64,000 nucleotides of DNA from Candidatus Gottesmanbacteria bacterium. Lineage in GTDB: Bacteria > Patescibacteriota > Microgenomatia > UBA10105 > UBA927. Positions within the stretch are counted from its first letter, which is position 1. Every line of letters begins with the position of its first letter. The notes beneath the pieces are model-generated. The model was given only the letters and a program-made list of their open reading frames with translations. It did not search any database and was not told where the DNA came from. The stretch spans positions 491,282 to 555,281 of the forward strand of contig JAHFKK010000001.1 of assembly GCA_023245335.1 (NCBI GenBank), written 5' to 3'. This document shows positions 27,544 to 36,738 of this stretch, piece after piece. Both the position numbers and the translations under genes were made by a program.

Positions 27544-27978
27544 ATGAGCACCATGAATACGGATGAACTGGTAGAGGTCATGTTTACGCTTCTGCGTCTT
27601 ATGAAACATAAGATGTCCTTCACAAGCGACCTTACCCATTTAAGTATATTGCAAATACAGGCGCTCATGTGTCTTAGTCACAGTAACGCCGTCACCATGA
27701 GCGATATCGCAGCGCACTTCCGTATAGAACTCCCATCAGCGACAAGCTTAATAAATAAATTGTGCGATCAGAAGCTTGTCCGCCGGTATGAAGACCCGCA
27801 GGACCGCCGATTAGTAAAAGTTGCACTGACGGCCGAAGGCAAAGCTCTATTGGAGAAAGCGATGAGCCAGCGCAGAAACAAAGTGAAAAAGATGTTATCC
27901 TATTTATCAGCAAAAGAACGAGCAGAATTACTGTCGATTCTCAATACATTAAATACCAAAATGCAGAACATATCATGA
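27544..27978 (+). CDS. MarR family transcriptional regulator
   Basis: wHTH, DPQDRR..VALT.EG motif. Confidence 0.92.
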   Translation: MSTMNTDELVEVMFTLLRLMKHKMSFTSDLTHLSILQIQALMCLSHSNAVTMSDIAAHFRIELPSATSLINKLCDQKLVRRYEDPQDRRLVKVALTAEGKALLEKAMSQRRNKVKKMLSYLSAKERAELLSILNTLNTKMQNIS

Positions 27979-29054
27979 AAACGATACCCAGACTTATACC
28001 GGTGAGTATCGTCGTCCTAGTCCTAGCAGGAGCAATTTTCGTATACGGCAGGGCGAGTACTCACACTCCTCTTGGATCTGCTACGACCACGACATCAGTG
28101 CGATTCGTGAGTTCCACAATCACCGCTGACGGCGCTGTCACTGCTCAAAATCAGGCCAAACTTAATTTCCAGACGCCGGGGAAGCTCGTGTACCTTCCGT
28201 TTAAAGAAGGCGACAAAGTCTCCGTTGGGCAATCAATCGCACAGCTGGATACGTACGCACTCCAGCGTCAGCTTACCGCAGCGTTAAATACATACCGCTC
28301 AACCCGCGATACGTTTGATCAGACACAACAGAACACTCAGGATAACGTGACGAGAAATCAGCAGGCTGCCACGTTCACGAGAGAAAATTCAGATAATAAC
28401 GGCGCGATAAACGACGCGATTAAACGGATAGCCGACCAGAGTCAGGCAAGCCTGGATAATTCAGTGATTACTGTAGAATTGGCAAATTACGCCGTGCAGC
28501 TTTCGACACTTACATCACCTCTCAACGGTATCATTACCCATGAGGATGTCACCGTGCCCGGAGTAAATATAACGACGCTGACTTCTTTCACCGTTGCGGA
28601 CCCGACGTCTATGGTTTTTCGTGCCAACGTGCCCGCGGGGAACATATATTATATTGCCGAAGGCTCGGCCGTCACGATTGCTATAGACGGCGTACAGGAC
28701 AAGGTCCACGGGACGGTCCAGAAAATATATCCGTCAAAGGTTATCTTAGCAAGCGGTGAAGCGGTGTATCAGGTGGATATCGTGAGTGATGAGCTCAAAG
28801 CCCATGCGAAATTAGATCAGGCGGGAGCCGCGATTATAAGCACCAACTCACAAAACGTCGCGCTTGTGCCGGCGTGGACCGTTCTTTCCGGTAAGCACAT
28901 ATGGGTAGAGGAAAACGGTAAGCCGATCCTGAAGACCGTCACCGCCGGAAAAATCCATGATAATGACATAGAGATCACTGCGGGATTGACTCCGGAAGAC
29001 CGGATCATCGTCGATCCGAAACTCATTCCGGCTATGTACTACCAAATGCTATGA
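27975..29054 (+). CDS. Efflux membrane-fusion (HlyD/RND adaptor) protein
   Basis: N-terminal TM, lipoyl half-motifs KEGDKV and LTSPLNG, coiled-coil hairpin. Confidence 0.85.
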   Translation: MKTIPRLIPVSIVVLVLAGAIFVYGRASTHTPLGSATTTTSVRFVSSTITADGAVTAQNQAKLNFQTPGKLVYLPFKEGDKVSVGQSIAQLDTYALQRQLTAALNTYRSTRDTFDQTQQNTQDNVTRNQQAATFTRENSDNNGAINDAIKRIADQSQASLDNSVITVELANYAVQLSTLTSPLNGIITHEDVTVPGVNITTLTSFTVADPTSMVFRANVPAGNIYYIAEGSAVTIAIDGVQDKVHGTVQKIYPSKVILASGEAVYQVDIVSDELKAHAKLDQAGAAIISTNSQNVALVPAWTVLSGKHIWVEENGKPILKTVTAGKIHDNDIEITAGLTPEDRIIVDPKLIPAMYYQML

Positions 29055-29689
29055 AAAAGCTATTCGCACTATTCAAAAATCCTGCAGCGCTGAAAGCCAC
29101 CGGAGTCGTTGTACTCTTCCTGGTTCTTGCGGGTTTGTATGTCTATTTCCAGACGACAACCGGGAGAGTATTTATCGACAACTCCACGATACAGTCTCCG
29201 GTTATCACCGTATCCCCATCGGCGTCCGGCAAGGTACAGGAAATTGACGTCAAGGAAGGACAAATGGTTTCAACCGGCGATACACTCGCCGTCGTCGGCT
29301 CGGAGACCCTTCGTGCTGATACGGACGGCCTGGTCATATCGGCAAGCGATCTTACCGGTTCAACGGTCAATTCTACGACTGCGCTTATTCAGATGATCCG
29401 GCCTGTTAATTTGAGGGTCGAAGGCTCCATCGATGAAGATAAAGGATTGCATGATGTCCGCGTGGGACAGGCAGTCTCGTTTACGGTCGACGCATTGCCG
29501 GGGAAGACCTTTTGGGGATATGTCGATGAAATTTCACCGAGCGCTGTCGCGCCGGCATTCTCATTTTCCACATCTACAGAACGCGCCACACAGCAGTTTA
29601 CGGTATACGCGAGATATAATGCCGCGGCATATCCCGACATCAAAAACGGCATGTCCGCAAAATTGGTCGTGTACACCAAGACCCACTAA
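29051..29689 (+). CDS. Short HlyD/EmrA-like adaptor protein (no hairpin)
   Basis: TM, VKEGQMV..GD.L, VRVGQAV.FTVDALPG, GMSAK. Confidence 0.8.
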   Translation: MKKLFALFKNPAALKATGVVVLFLVLAGLYVYFQTTTGRVFIDNSTIQSPVITVSPSASGKVQEIDVKEGQMVSTGDTLAVVGSETLRADTDGLVISASDLTGSTVNSTTALIQMIRPVNLRVEGSIDEDKGLHDVRVGQAVSFTVDALPGKTFWGYVDEISPSAVAPAFSFSTSTERATQQFTVYARYNAAAYPDIKNGMSAKLVVYTKTH

Positions 29690-29728
29690 ACTTGCATTCC
29701 TGTTTTTAGTGTGATACTTTTTCCTTGC

Positions 29729-30373
29729 ATGAATAAGAAAGTACTTGTTATCGTCGTCGTCCTGTTACTTCTCCTCGGCGGGGGCGCATACGTCATGTCC
29801 CGTACATCATCCGCTCCGGCATCGGGTACCACCATGACCGCAAGTCCGACCGCCGCTCCGACGACTGCACAAACACAGGGGACGCTCAAATCGCTTCTCA
29901 CGGCTGGTAAACCGCAGACCTGTACGTTCACGAGCCAAAACGGAAATACGACCGGAACTTTGTATGTAGCCGATGGCAAGATGGCTGGTGATTTCACGAC
30001 CACGACTCAGGGAAACACCGTGACAGCACATGTCATCGTCGCATCAGGATTTAGCTATGTCTGGACGGGCATGACAAAAATGGGATTTAAAATGGCGCTT
30101 ACGGACTTACAACCAACTCCCGGTCAGAACAGTCAAAGCGTGGGGCTTAACGAAACGGTTTCTTACTCGTGTAAGGACTGGTCGACCGATACGACGAAGT
30201 TTACGCTTCCGACCGATATGACATTCTCGACCATCAAAATTCCGACTACGAGCGTACAGACCGGCGCTACTACATCCGGCGGAACCGGCGCTTCATCCGC
30301 ATGCAGCGCGTGCGACAACATACCCGCAGGAGCGGCGCAGACCGCGTGTAAGACCCAGCTCCATTGCCAATAA
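29729..30373 (+). CDS. Membrane-anchored Thr-rich protein with C-terminal four-Cys motif
   Basis: N-terminal TM; ends CSACDN...C...HCQ. Confidence 0.82.
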   Translation: MNKKVLVIVVVLLLLLGGGAYVMSRTSSAPASGTTMTASPTAAPTTAQTQGTLKSLLTAGKPQTCTFTSQNGNTTGTLYVADGKMAGDFTTTTQGNTVTAHVIVASGFSYVWTGMTKMGFKMALTDLQPTPGQNSQSVGLNETVSYSCKDWSTDTTKFTLPTDMTFSTIKIPTTSVQTGATTSGGTGASSACSACDNIPAGAAQTACKTQLHCQ

Positions 30374-30388
30374 ATCTCCCGGTATTAT

Positions 30389-30424
30389 TTAAGTCTTGAC
30401 TTAATTAAGTAAATAGTTTACATT
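30389..30424 (+). promoter_or_regulatory. Promoter with overlapping palindromes (probable ArsR operator)
   Basis: TTGACT-17-TACATT; TTAAGTC-tt-GACTTAA (30389-30404) and ACTTAATTAAGT (30399-30410). Confidence 0.6.
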
Positions 30425-30430
30425 GTCTTC

Positions 30431-30769
30431 ATGGACATGTTTTCGGCACTCGCTGATCCCACCAGACGAAGTATCGTAGAGCTTCTTGCCGCAAGCGGCC
30501 AATTATCTGCGACAGATATCTCCGACAAATTTGAAATGAGCGCACCCGCCATTTCCCAGCATCTTAAAGTATTGCGCGAGGCGAAACTCGTTGACATGGA
30601 GAAGCATGCGCAACAGCGTATCTACCAGATTAACCCGGATACGCTCGATGAACTGGATGAGTGGGTCACGAAACTTTCGAAACAATGGGATGCCCGCTTT
30701 GACAGATTGGAAAAATTACTTAAAACACAAAAAATTAAACAAAGGAGGCTCTATGCCCGATCAAAATAA
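30431..30769 (+). CDS. ArsR/SmtB family transcriptional regulator
   Basis: FSALADPTRRSI, AISQHLKVLREA. Confidence 0.92.
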   Translation: MDMFSALADPTRRSIVELLAASGQLSATDISDKFEMSAPAISQHLKVLREAKLVDMEKHAQQRIYQINPDTLDELDEWVTKLSKQWDARFDRLEKLLKTQKIKQRRLYARSK

Positions 30770-31235
30770 TAAAGAATTGACACTCGTCCGCGTCTTTGAC
30801 GCGCCGAGAGAGATGGTATGGGAAGCATGGACAGATCCCAAGCTTATCTCCCAATGGTGGGGGCCGCAAAATGTGACCGCACCCTTTGACCAAATGGATG
30901 TGGATGCCCGCGTCGGAGGGAATATAAATATCGTCATGGTTGCCGGTAAAGAGCTGGGGCAGATGGCTGGTATGAAGTGGCCGATGACCGGGAAATTTAC
31001 CGAAGTGACCAAGCCCGAGAAACTCGTATATACCGCGACCGCGATCATGAATGATAAACCAGTTCTTCTCACTCATACGACCGTGACCTTTGAGGAAGAG
31101 GGCGGGAAAACGAAGATGACCGTGCATATCCTCGTTACCAAGACGTTGATCGGTTCAGAGGGCGCACTTGCCGGTATGAAGATGGGTTGGACACAGCAAG
31201 TAGATAAACTCGCCGAATTCTTGGTGACGTCCTGA
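30753..31235 (+). CDS. SRPBCC (AHSA1/START-like) domain protein
   Basis: AAGGAGG RBS; RVFDAPREMVWEAWTDP, QWWGP, GWTQ. Confidence 0.9.
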   Translation: MPDQNNKELTLVRVFDAPREMVWEAWTDPKLISQWWGPQNVTAPFDQMDVDARVGGNINIVMVAGKELGQMAGMKWPMTGKFTEVTKPEKLVYTATAIMNDKPVLLTHTTVTFEEEGGKTKMTVHILVTKTLIGSEGALAGMKMGWTQQVDKLAEFLVTS

Positions 31236-31252
31236 AATTTCCTTTCAGGACG
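31228..31252 (+). terminator. Hairpin at the end of the ArsR-SRPBCC operon
   Basis: cgtcctgaaa/tttcaggacg 10-bp stem. Confidence 0.55.
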
Positions 31253-31322
31253 AGAAATTTATCTCATTGACAGACGTCACTTTGATAATGCTACTATGTG
31301 GAAGAGATAGTAGATTTTTATC

Positions 31323-33473
31323 ATGAAAATCTTCGATAAGATCATAAATTCCGTAATTCTTACCTTATTGTTTCTTTTTTTCTTCTCCTTAGCTCCTCAT
31401 AATCTCGTTTTCGCCCAAGCGTATCATGTCTCTACTCCGAATATAGTTCCTGCTACCTGTACGAATCAGGCCTACGCCGTAGATTGTCAGAAGACAATCG
31501 ATAATGATCTTAACACCTATGGGACAATTGGCGATCCAAACGGCCAGATGTTCTATACCGTTCCTGCCAACGCTATCTCGCTTCCTGCGGACGCGACCAA
31601 CATACAAGCATGCTTCAACTTTGATTTCAGTTACTACGTGAGTACAAAGTATTCGTTGAGTCCCACGTATGACGACAATTTCGGTGGGCCCAACCAGTCT
31701 ATCCAATGGGATTTCCCCAGTAAGCAATTCACCAATTGCCGACCCGTGCTTTCCAGTAAGATCGATACGATTAATACCGGTGACACGACGTACTGGACAT
31801 ATTTTTGGGGTTCTCAATTTCCTACATTCGCCTGGGGAACATTAGGCCTTAATCATCTGAATAACTTCAATTTGTACTACTCCTACGATACGGACACGCA
31901 GCCGGTGAATCCTGTAAACCATATACCGGTATTCGTGCACGGTCTGACTGATCAGACGATAAGCCCCGGCAACACATTTTCTTCCGGTGGGGCGTTTGCA
32001 GATCAGGATTCTACCAGCTGGACAGCAACTGTCGACTATGGAGACGGGTCCGGAACGCAACCATTGGGCTTGTCCGGACAGAGTTTTGGCTTGAATCATA
32101 CCTATCCGAATGAGGGCACCTACACGGTAACTGTTTCCGTGACTGATGACGGGGGCGCAGTCGGGACAAGTGCCGCGGTCGTCACGGTGAAGTTATATGC
32201 GTATCATGTGACGACCCCCGACGTCGCACCTGCCTCCTGTACGAATTTTGCCTCGTCTGCTGACTGTCAAAACACGATGGATAATAATCCCAACACCGTT
32301 GGGAGCATATTCGGCAATAACGGGATATATTATTACACGGTAGGCGCACATACTTTTTTCCTTCCCTCTGACGCCACCAATATCCAGCTTTGCTTTGATA
32401 TAAATTTCGCTGATCATTCCAGTGTGGTATATGCACTCGGCGGTCCGCATCTGGATCCGAATCAGGGTACGCAGTGGCAAATACCGGCAAACCAATTCTC
32501 CCAGTGCCGGTCCGTATCACCCATAGATATTTCCAATATCGACAACACGGATACGCAATACTGGTTTTATATCTGGGCCGGCGGACAAACCGACCACCTC
32601 GCATCGCTCCGATTCCATTATGTATATGACTCTAATTCGCAGTATGACGCAGTACCCGCTATACAGACGGTAACACCCGCGTCAATCAACTTGGGCGACC
32701 ATTACAGTACAGTAGGTACGTTTACCGACCCGGATTCCGTGGGTTGGACGGGAACAGTGGATTACGGAGACGGTACAGGAGTACAACAGCTATCTATTAG
32801 CGGCAACACGTTTTCCCTAAGTCATGATTACGGTGCTATGGGTGACTATACCGTGGCATTAACGGTAACCGACAACCAGGGAGCGATGGGGCTCGCGACT
32901 ACGACCGTTACAGTAAACGCTGCGCCTACTCCGACGCCCACTCCTACACTAGCACCGACCCCGACTCCAACCCCGACTCCGGTACCGCAGTTAACCGCCC
33001 TTGCCCCGGCGAAAGTGTGGGTCGGCCTCAAAAATAGCGATGATGTGGGCATCAAGTTTGATTTGCTCGCCGAAGCGTATGCAAACAGCACGCTCGTGAG
33101 TTCCGGAGAATTAGACAGTGTGACAGGAGGCAGTAGTGGCTTTAACAATGCACATTTGCAAACGGTACCGTTTAATTCTTTCTCTTCGGTTGATTTCCCA
33201 TCCGGAACATCGCTTAGTCTCAAGGTCTATGCCAGAAACGCATGTACCGGGTCAGGACACAACTCCGGGACTGCTCGGCTTTGGTACAATGACAGTCAGG
33301 CAAACTCGCAATTCGGTTCTACCATCAATGGAAGCGCCTACACGGATTATCTTTTGACCGGTTCGGTTCTCGGTATCTCCGCAGGTTCCGGTCCCAAAGC
33401 GACAGTCGATATAGCGGCAGGTGCCAAATGTAGTGCCTTCAAGTCCTTCGGTACCTGGGTGATTACGCCTTAA
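31323..33473 (+). CDS. Secreted multidomain protein with two PKD domains and a Pro/Thr linker
   Basis: Signal peptide; two VDYGDG..H.Y...G.YTV.VTD PKD motifs; (PT)n linker. Confidence 0.85.
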   Translation: MKIFDKIINSVILTLLFLFFFSLAPHNLVFAQAYHVSTPNIVPATCTNQAYAVDCQKTIDNDLNTYGTIGDPNGQMFYTVPANAISLPADATNIQACFNFDFSYYVSTKYSLSPTYDDNFGGPNQSIQWDFPSKQFTNCRPVLSSKIDTINTGDTTYWTYFWGSQFPTFAWGTLGLNHLNNFNLYYSYDTDTQPVNPVNHIPVFVHGLTDQTISPGNTFSSGGAFADQDSTSWTATVDYGDGSGTQPLGLSGQSFGLNHTYPNEGTYTVTVSVTDDGGAVGTSAAVVTVKLYAYHVTTPDVAPASCTNFASSADCQNTMDNNPNTVGSIFGNNGIYYYTVGAHTFFLPSDATNIQLCFDINFADHSSVVYALGGPHLDPNQGTQWQIPANQFSQCRSVSPIDISNIDNTDTQYWFYIWAGGQTDHLASLRFHYVYDSNSQYDAVPAIQTVTPASINLGDHYSTVGTFTDPDSVGWTGTVDYGDGTGVQQLSISGNTFSLSHDYGAMGDYTVALTVTDNQGAMGLATTTVTVNAAPTPTPTPTLAPTPTPTPTPVPQLTALAPAKVWVGLKNSDDVGIKFDLLAEAYANSTLVSSGELDSVTGGSSGFNNAHLQTVPFNSFSSVDFPSGTSLSLKVYARNACTGSGHNSGTARLWYNDSQANSQFGSTINGSAYTDYLLTGSVLGISAGSGPKATVDIAAGAKCSAFKSFGTWVITP

Positions 33474-33554
33474 ATTCCTATTGGCTTACACATTCGGAGA
33501 AATGCAAGACAGGTCACAATCCTTCTGATTTGCAAGGTGCTAAAATACGATAGT

Positions 33555-34244
33555 ATGAAAAGCCTACACCGGAAGGTCGCATTCAGTGCGCTTAGGATTA
33601 TTGGAGTGTGCGCCGGTATCTTATTTTTTTGCCTTCTCATCCTTTTCACAGGATACATATACGCCCTACAGTCAAACCCGATGCTCTACATTCCCGGCGT
33701 TTCCGGACCGGCAAACAGTCTTATCGGTGTCATCTGGAGGCAACCGTTCAGCTATCCGTCGCCAACTCCAAAGCCTACTGTCCTGTATGGCACGATCAAG
33801 CCGGCACCGGAATTTACGGGTATCACGAAGTGGTACAAAGACGAAGCGGTTTCTCTGCGGCAATTCCGTGGTCAAAAAATTGTTGTGCTGGTCTTCGGAC
33901 GGTTGTATTGCTCGTATTGCTTCAACGTCTATACGTATCTTACCGAGTGGCAGCGGAATTACAGTTCAGAAAATGTACAGGTAGTCGCTTTGCAGTCACC
34001 ACATTATGACGGTGAGAAATCCTGGAAGGATATAGAAGCAAAGATAGTTGAGCGGGATGTGAATTTCCCCGTAGGACTGGACGAAAATCGCTCGACTGCA
34101 GCCGCTTATAACTTCGACACGGTTCCAACGGCGTATGTCATAGATAAACAAGGTATGATCCGCTATGAACATACGGGTGAAGGAGGCTTTGGTGAGGTAG
34201 AAAAGGCGATACAGGAAGTGATTTTTCTGGATTTTGATAAGTAG
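33555..34244 (+). CDS. Membrane-anchored thioredoxin-like redoxin (TlpA/DipZ-like)
   Basis: TM, APEFTGI..W, CSYC, PTAYVIDKQG.IRY.H.GEG. Confidence 0.85.
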   Translation: MKSLHRKVAFSALRIIGVCAGILFFCLLILFTGYIYALQSNPMLYIPGVSGPANSLIGVIWRQPFSYPSPTPKPTVLYGTIKPAPEFTGITKWYKDEAVSLRQFRGQKIVVLVFGRLYCSYCFNVYTYLTEWQRNYSSENVQVVALQSPHYDGEKSWKDIEAKIVERDVNFPVGLDENRSTAAAYNFDTVPTAYVIDKQGMIRYEHTGEGGFGEVEKAIQEVIFLDFDK

Positions 34245-34331
34245 AATATGGTGCAATACTTGTCTAGACGATGTAACATATTCGAAAGGATATAAATGGT
34301 CAGTTAATAATTATTTTAGAGCTTTACCTAA

Positions 34332-35186
34332 ATGAAAAAATATATAGTTCTTGACTCGAATATTATCGTAAGCTTTTTTGAAGGAGGATTTTCGCTCGTT
34401 CAGCAGAAAGGAGAGATTTCATCTTCTGAGGAAATAAGTATATTTGAATTTTTATATACTGCTTTAGAGGCGAATCAACTCGATTTAATCCTGCCCGAGG
34501 TTGTAATTTTAGAATGCGAACGTATAAAAGAGGAAATGAAAGAGTCGTTAAGTAAATTATACGATTCAGCATTTAAGTCTGCTAAGGAAGCGAGTATTCC
34601 CCCCAATAAAAAAATATCGTCCTCGTCAATTGATAAGATTAACCGAGTTTATGACTCAACCCGAGATGAGGCAATACAAAACATCGAATATGCTTGGGGG
34701 GTCTTTAATAAAATCTCTGAAAGTAAGAACACTCATATAGTCCCGCTAGATGAAGAGATTTTATTAAATGCATATAGGCGTGGTTTAATGGGAAAAAGGC
34801 CGTTCGTAATGAGGTATTCAAATAGTAAGGATCCAGACCTCAGTAATAAACCTATCCATGATATTCAACCAGATTGTGTTATTGTTGAGAGCGTCAAGTT
34901 CTTCATTAAAGGTGCAGAAAAGGGTGAATTATATTTAGCAACGAATGACAACAATTTTTTTTCTTCGATGGAAAAAACGGCGATACACACCGATATACAA
35001 GCAGAATTGAAAGCAAATAAATTTTATTTGGCTCTTTCTGATTTGTTGCAAGATGTTCTTGGTTTAAAAATACCACCTAAAAAAGAACCTAAAGACGTCA
35101 CCACCTCCGATGCGTACCCTGTTACCATCAAAAGCGTTACAGATGAAGGAAAAGGTGTGGATACCGTTGAAGTTGCAAAAGGCTAA
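34332..35186 (+). CDS. PIN-like domain protein
   Basis: IVLDSNII, PEVVILE, PDCVI, LATND acidic PIN motifs; AT-rich. Confidence 0.75.
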   Translation: MKKYIVLDSNIIVSFFEGGFSLVQQKGEISSSEEISIFEFLYTALEANQLDLILPEVVILECERIKEEMKESLSKLYDSAFKSAKEASIPPNKKISSSSIDKINRVYDSTRDEAIQNIEYAWGVFNKISESKNTHIVPLDEEILLNAYRRGLMGKRPFVMRYSNSKDPDLSNKPIHDIQPDCVIVESVKFFIKGAEKGELYLATNDNNFFSSMEKTAIHTDIQAELKANKFYLALSDLLQDVLGLKIPPKKEPKDVTTSDAYPVTIKSVTDEGKGVDTVEVAKG

Positions 35187-35208
35187 AAACTTGCCTTAAT
35201 ATTATTAT

Positions 35209-35484
35209 ATGAATACCTACTTAGTATCGTTTGAGACACTCCCTCCCTCGCTCCAAATACAGGAGGATATCCTTATTAACGCAATAAAGATGTTTGGACC
35301 ATGGGCTAGACCTAACTCAAAGGTTTGGTTAATTAAAACTTATCTAACTAGGGAACAAGTAATTGAGAGTTTAAGAGCGAGTGCTGGCCCAAACGACAAA
35401 ATACTTGTTATGTCGGTTAATAATGATTGGATAGCGGTTAACCTTCCAAACGATGTCGTAAATTGGATGAAATCTGGTTTGTAA
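35209..35484 (+). CDS. Small Cas2/VapD-like ferredoxin-fold protein
   Basis: YLVSF.. , LINAIK.FG.WA...S.VWLI, ND.ILV pattern; AT-rich. Confidence 0.6.
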   Translation: MNTYLVSFETLPPSLQIQEDILINAIKMFGPWARPNSKVWLIKTYLTREQVIESLRASAGPNDKILVMSVNNDWIAVNLPNDVVNWMKSGL

Positions 35485-35550
35485 TATTTAAGATGTCGCT
35501 CGTTATTCTTCTTTACTAATCCCCATGGCTCATTTATAGTGAAGCTCTGT

Positions 35551-36723
35551 ATGGTGACGCTCTCCAAAGATCAAAAAGCCGCATTATCACACGTTCTTGA
35601 GTGGTACCGAAAAGACCGGGACGAGATGCAGTACGTCACGCTTGGCGGCTATGCGGGGACCGGCAAGACGACGCTTATTGCCGTCATCCGTCAGGAACTC
35701 AATAAGATCGATCCGGGACTCAAAGTCGGTTTCGTGAGTTTCACCGGTAAAGCGGCGCGGGTGCTTCAGACGAAAATCAAAGAAGCGGATATACATTTCC
35801 GTCAGGACAGTGTGGGTACGATTCACGCGCTTATCTATACGCCGGTCCTCAATGACAAAGAACAAATTGTCGGATGGAAGCAAAAAGAAACGATTGACCG
35901 TAATCTTATTATCATCGATGAGGCATCGATGGTCGATTCCGTTATCTGGGAGCACCTCATATCCTACGACGTCCCGATGATCGTTGTCGGCGACCACGGG
36001 CAGTTGCCGCCTATTAAAGGTAACTTTTCTTTGATGCAGCAGCCCCAACTGCGCTTAGAAGAAATCCACCGGCAGGCAAAGCTTGACCCCATCATTTCCC
36101 TATCGATTCAGGCGCGGGAAACGGGCTTCATCATTCCCAAAAGGTATTCCGACCGGGTCATCAAATTCTCTTCGGATGACTCGACGACCGCAGAGACACT
36201 GGAGGAGATGCTCACGAACTACAAAAACGATACCCTTATCCTCTGCGGCTACAACAAAACAAGAAAACGGATAAATAGTTACATCCGCGCGGCACTCGGC
36301 ATAGAATCGCAAACACCGGTCACGGGCGATCGGGTTATTTGTCTCCGCAATAATCACAAAGCAAAGATCTATAACGGGATGCTCGGTACGATTGCCCGGA
36401 TAGAGGAAAAAAGCGATAGCGTTTACGACGTGGATATAGACATAGACGGGGAGCATGATACGTATTCAGGCCGCATCTCGACCGAACAATTTGACGCGGA
36501 TACGACGCTCAACTTCACCGAGAACCGTGCGCTCTATAACGGCATAGACCTTTTTGACTTCGGCTACGCGCTCACCGTGCATAAGGCCCAGGGGAGCCAG
36601 GCCAAACGGGTGATACTTTTCGAGGAGCGGTTTAGCCGCATGACGGATGACGAGTGGCGTCGCTGGCTCTATACTGCAGTGACGAGAGCTGAACGCGAGC
36701 TCTATATCTTTCCGTCGCTCTAG
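35551..36723 (+). CDS. SF1B helicase, RecD/Dda-like (short, standalone)
   Basis: GYAGTGKTT, IIDEASMV, GDHGQLPP, YALTVHKAQGSQ, LYTAVTRA. Confidence 0.9.
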   Translation: MVTLSKDQKAALSHVLEWYRKDRDEMQYVTLGGYAGTGKTTLIAVIRQELNKIDPGLKVGFVSFTGKAARVLQTKIKEADIHFRQDSVGTIHALIYTPVLNDKEQIVGWKQKETIDRNLIIIDEASMVDSVIWEHLISYDVPMIVVGDHGQLPPIKGNFSLMQQPQLRLEEIHRQAKLDPIISLSIQARETGFIIPKRYSDRVIKFSSDDSTTAETLEEMLTNYKNDTLILCGYNKTRKRINSYIRAALGIESQTPVTGDRVICLRNNHKAKIYNGMLGTIARIEEKSDSVYDVDIDIDGEHDTYSGRISTEQFDADTTLNFTENRALYNGIDLFDFGYALTVHKAQGSQAKRVILFEERFSRMTDDEWRRWLYTAVTRAERELYIFPSL

Positions 36724-36738
36724 CAGTACAATTGTCCT

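Noticed and set aside
31228-31252. TTTCAG/CTGAAA as a sixth regulator box
   Set aside because: Inverted rather than direct arrangement and located at a gene end; fits a terminator hairpin
32922-32990. Short tandem repeats (ccgactcc-like) as CRISPR or VNTR
   Set aside because: They encode the Pro-Thr linker with synonymous variation; no spacers
35209-35484. CRISPR-Cas locus suggested by the Cas2-like and Cas4-like genes
   Set aside because: No repeat-spacer array, cas1 or effector genes seen; the two genes are 19 kb apart
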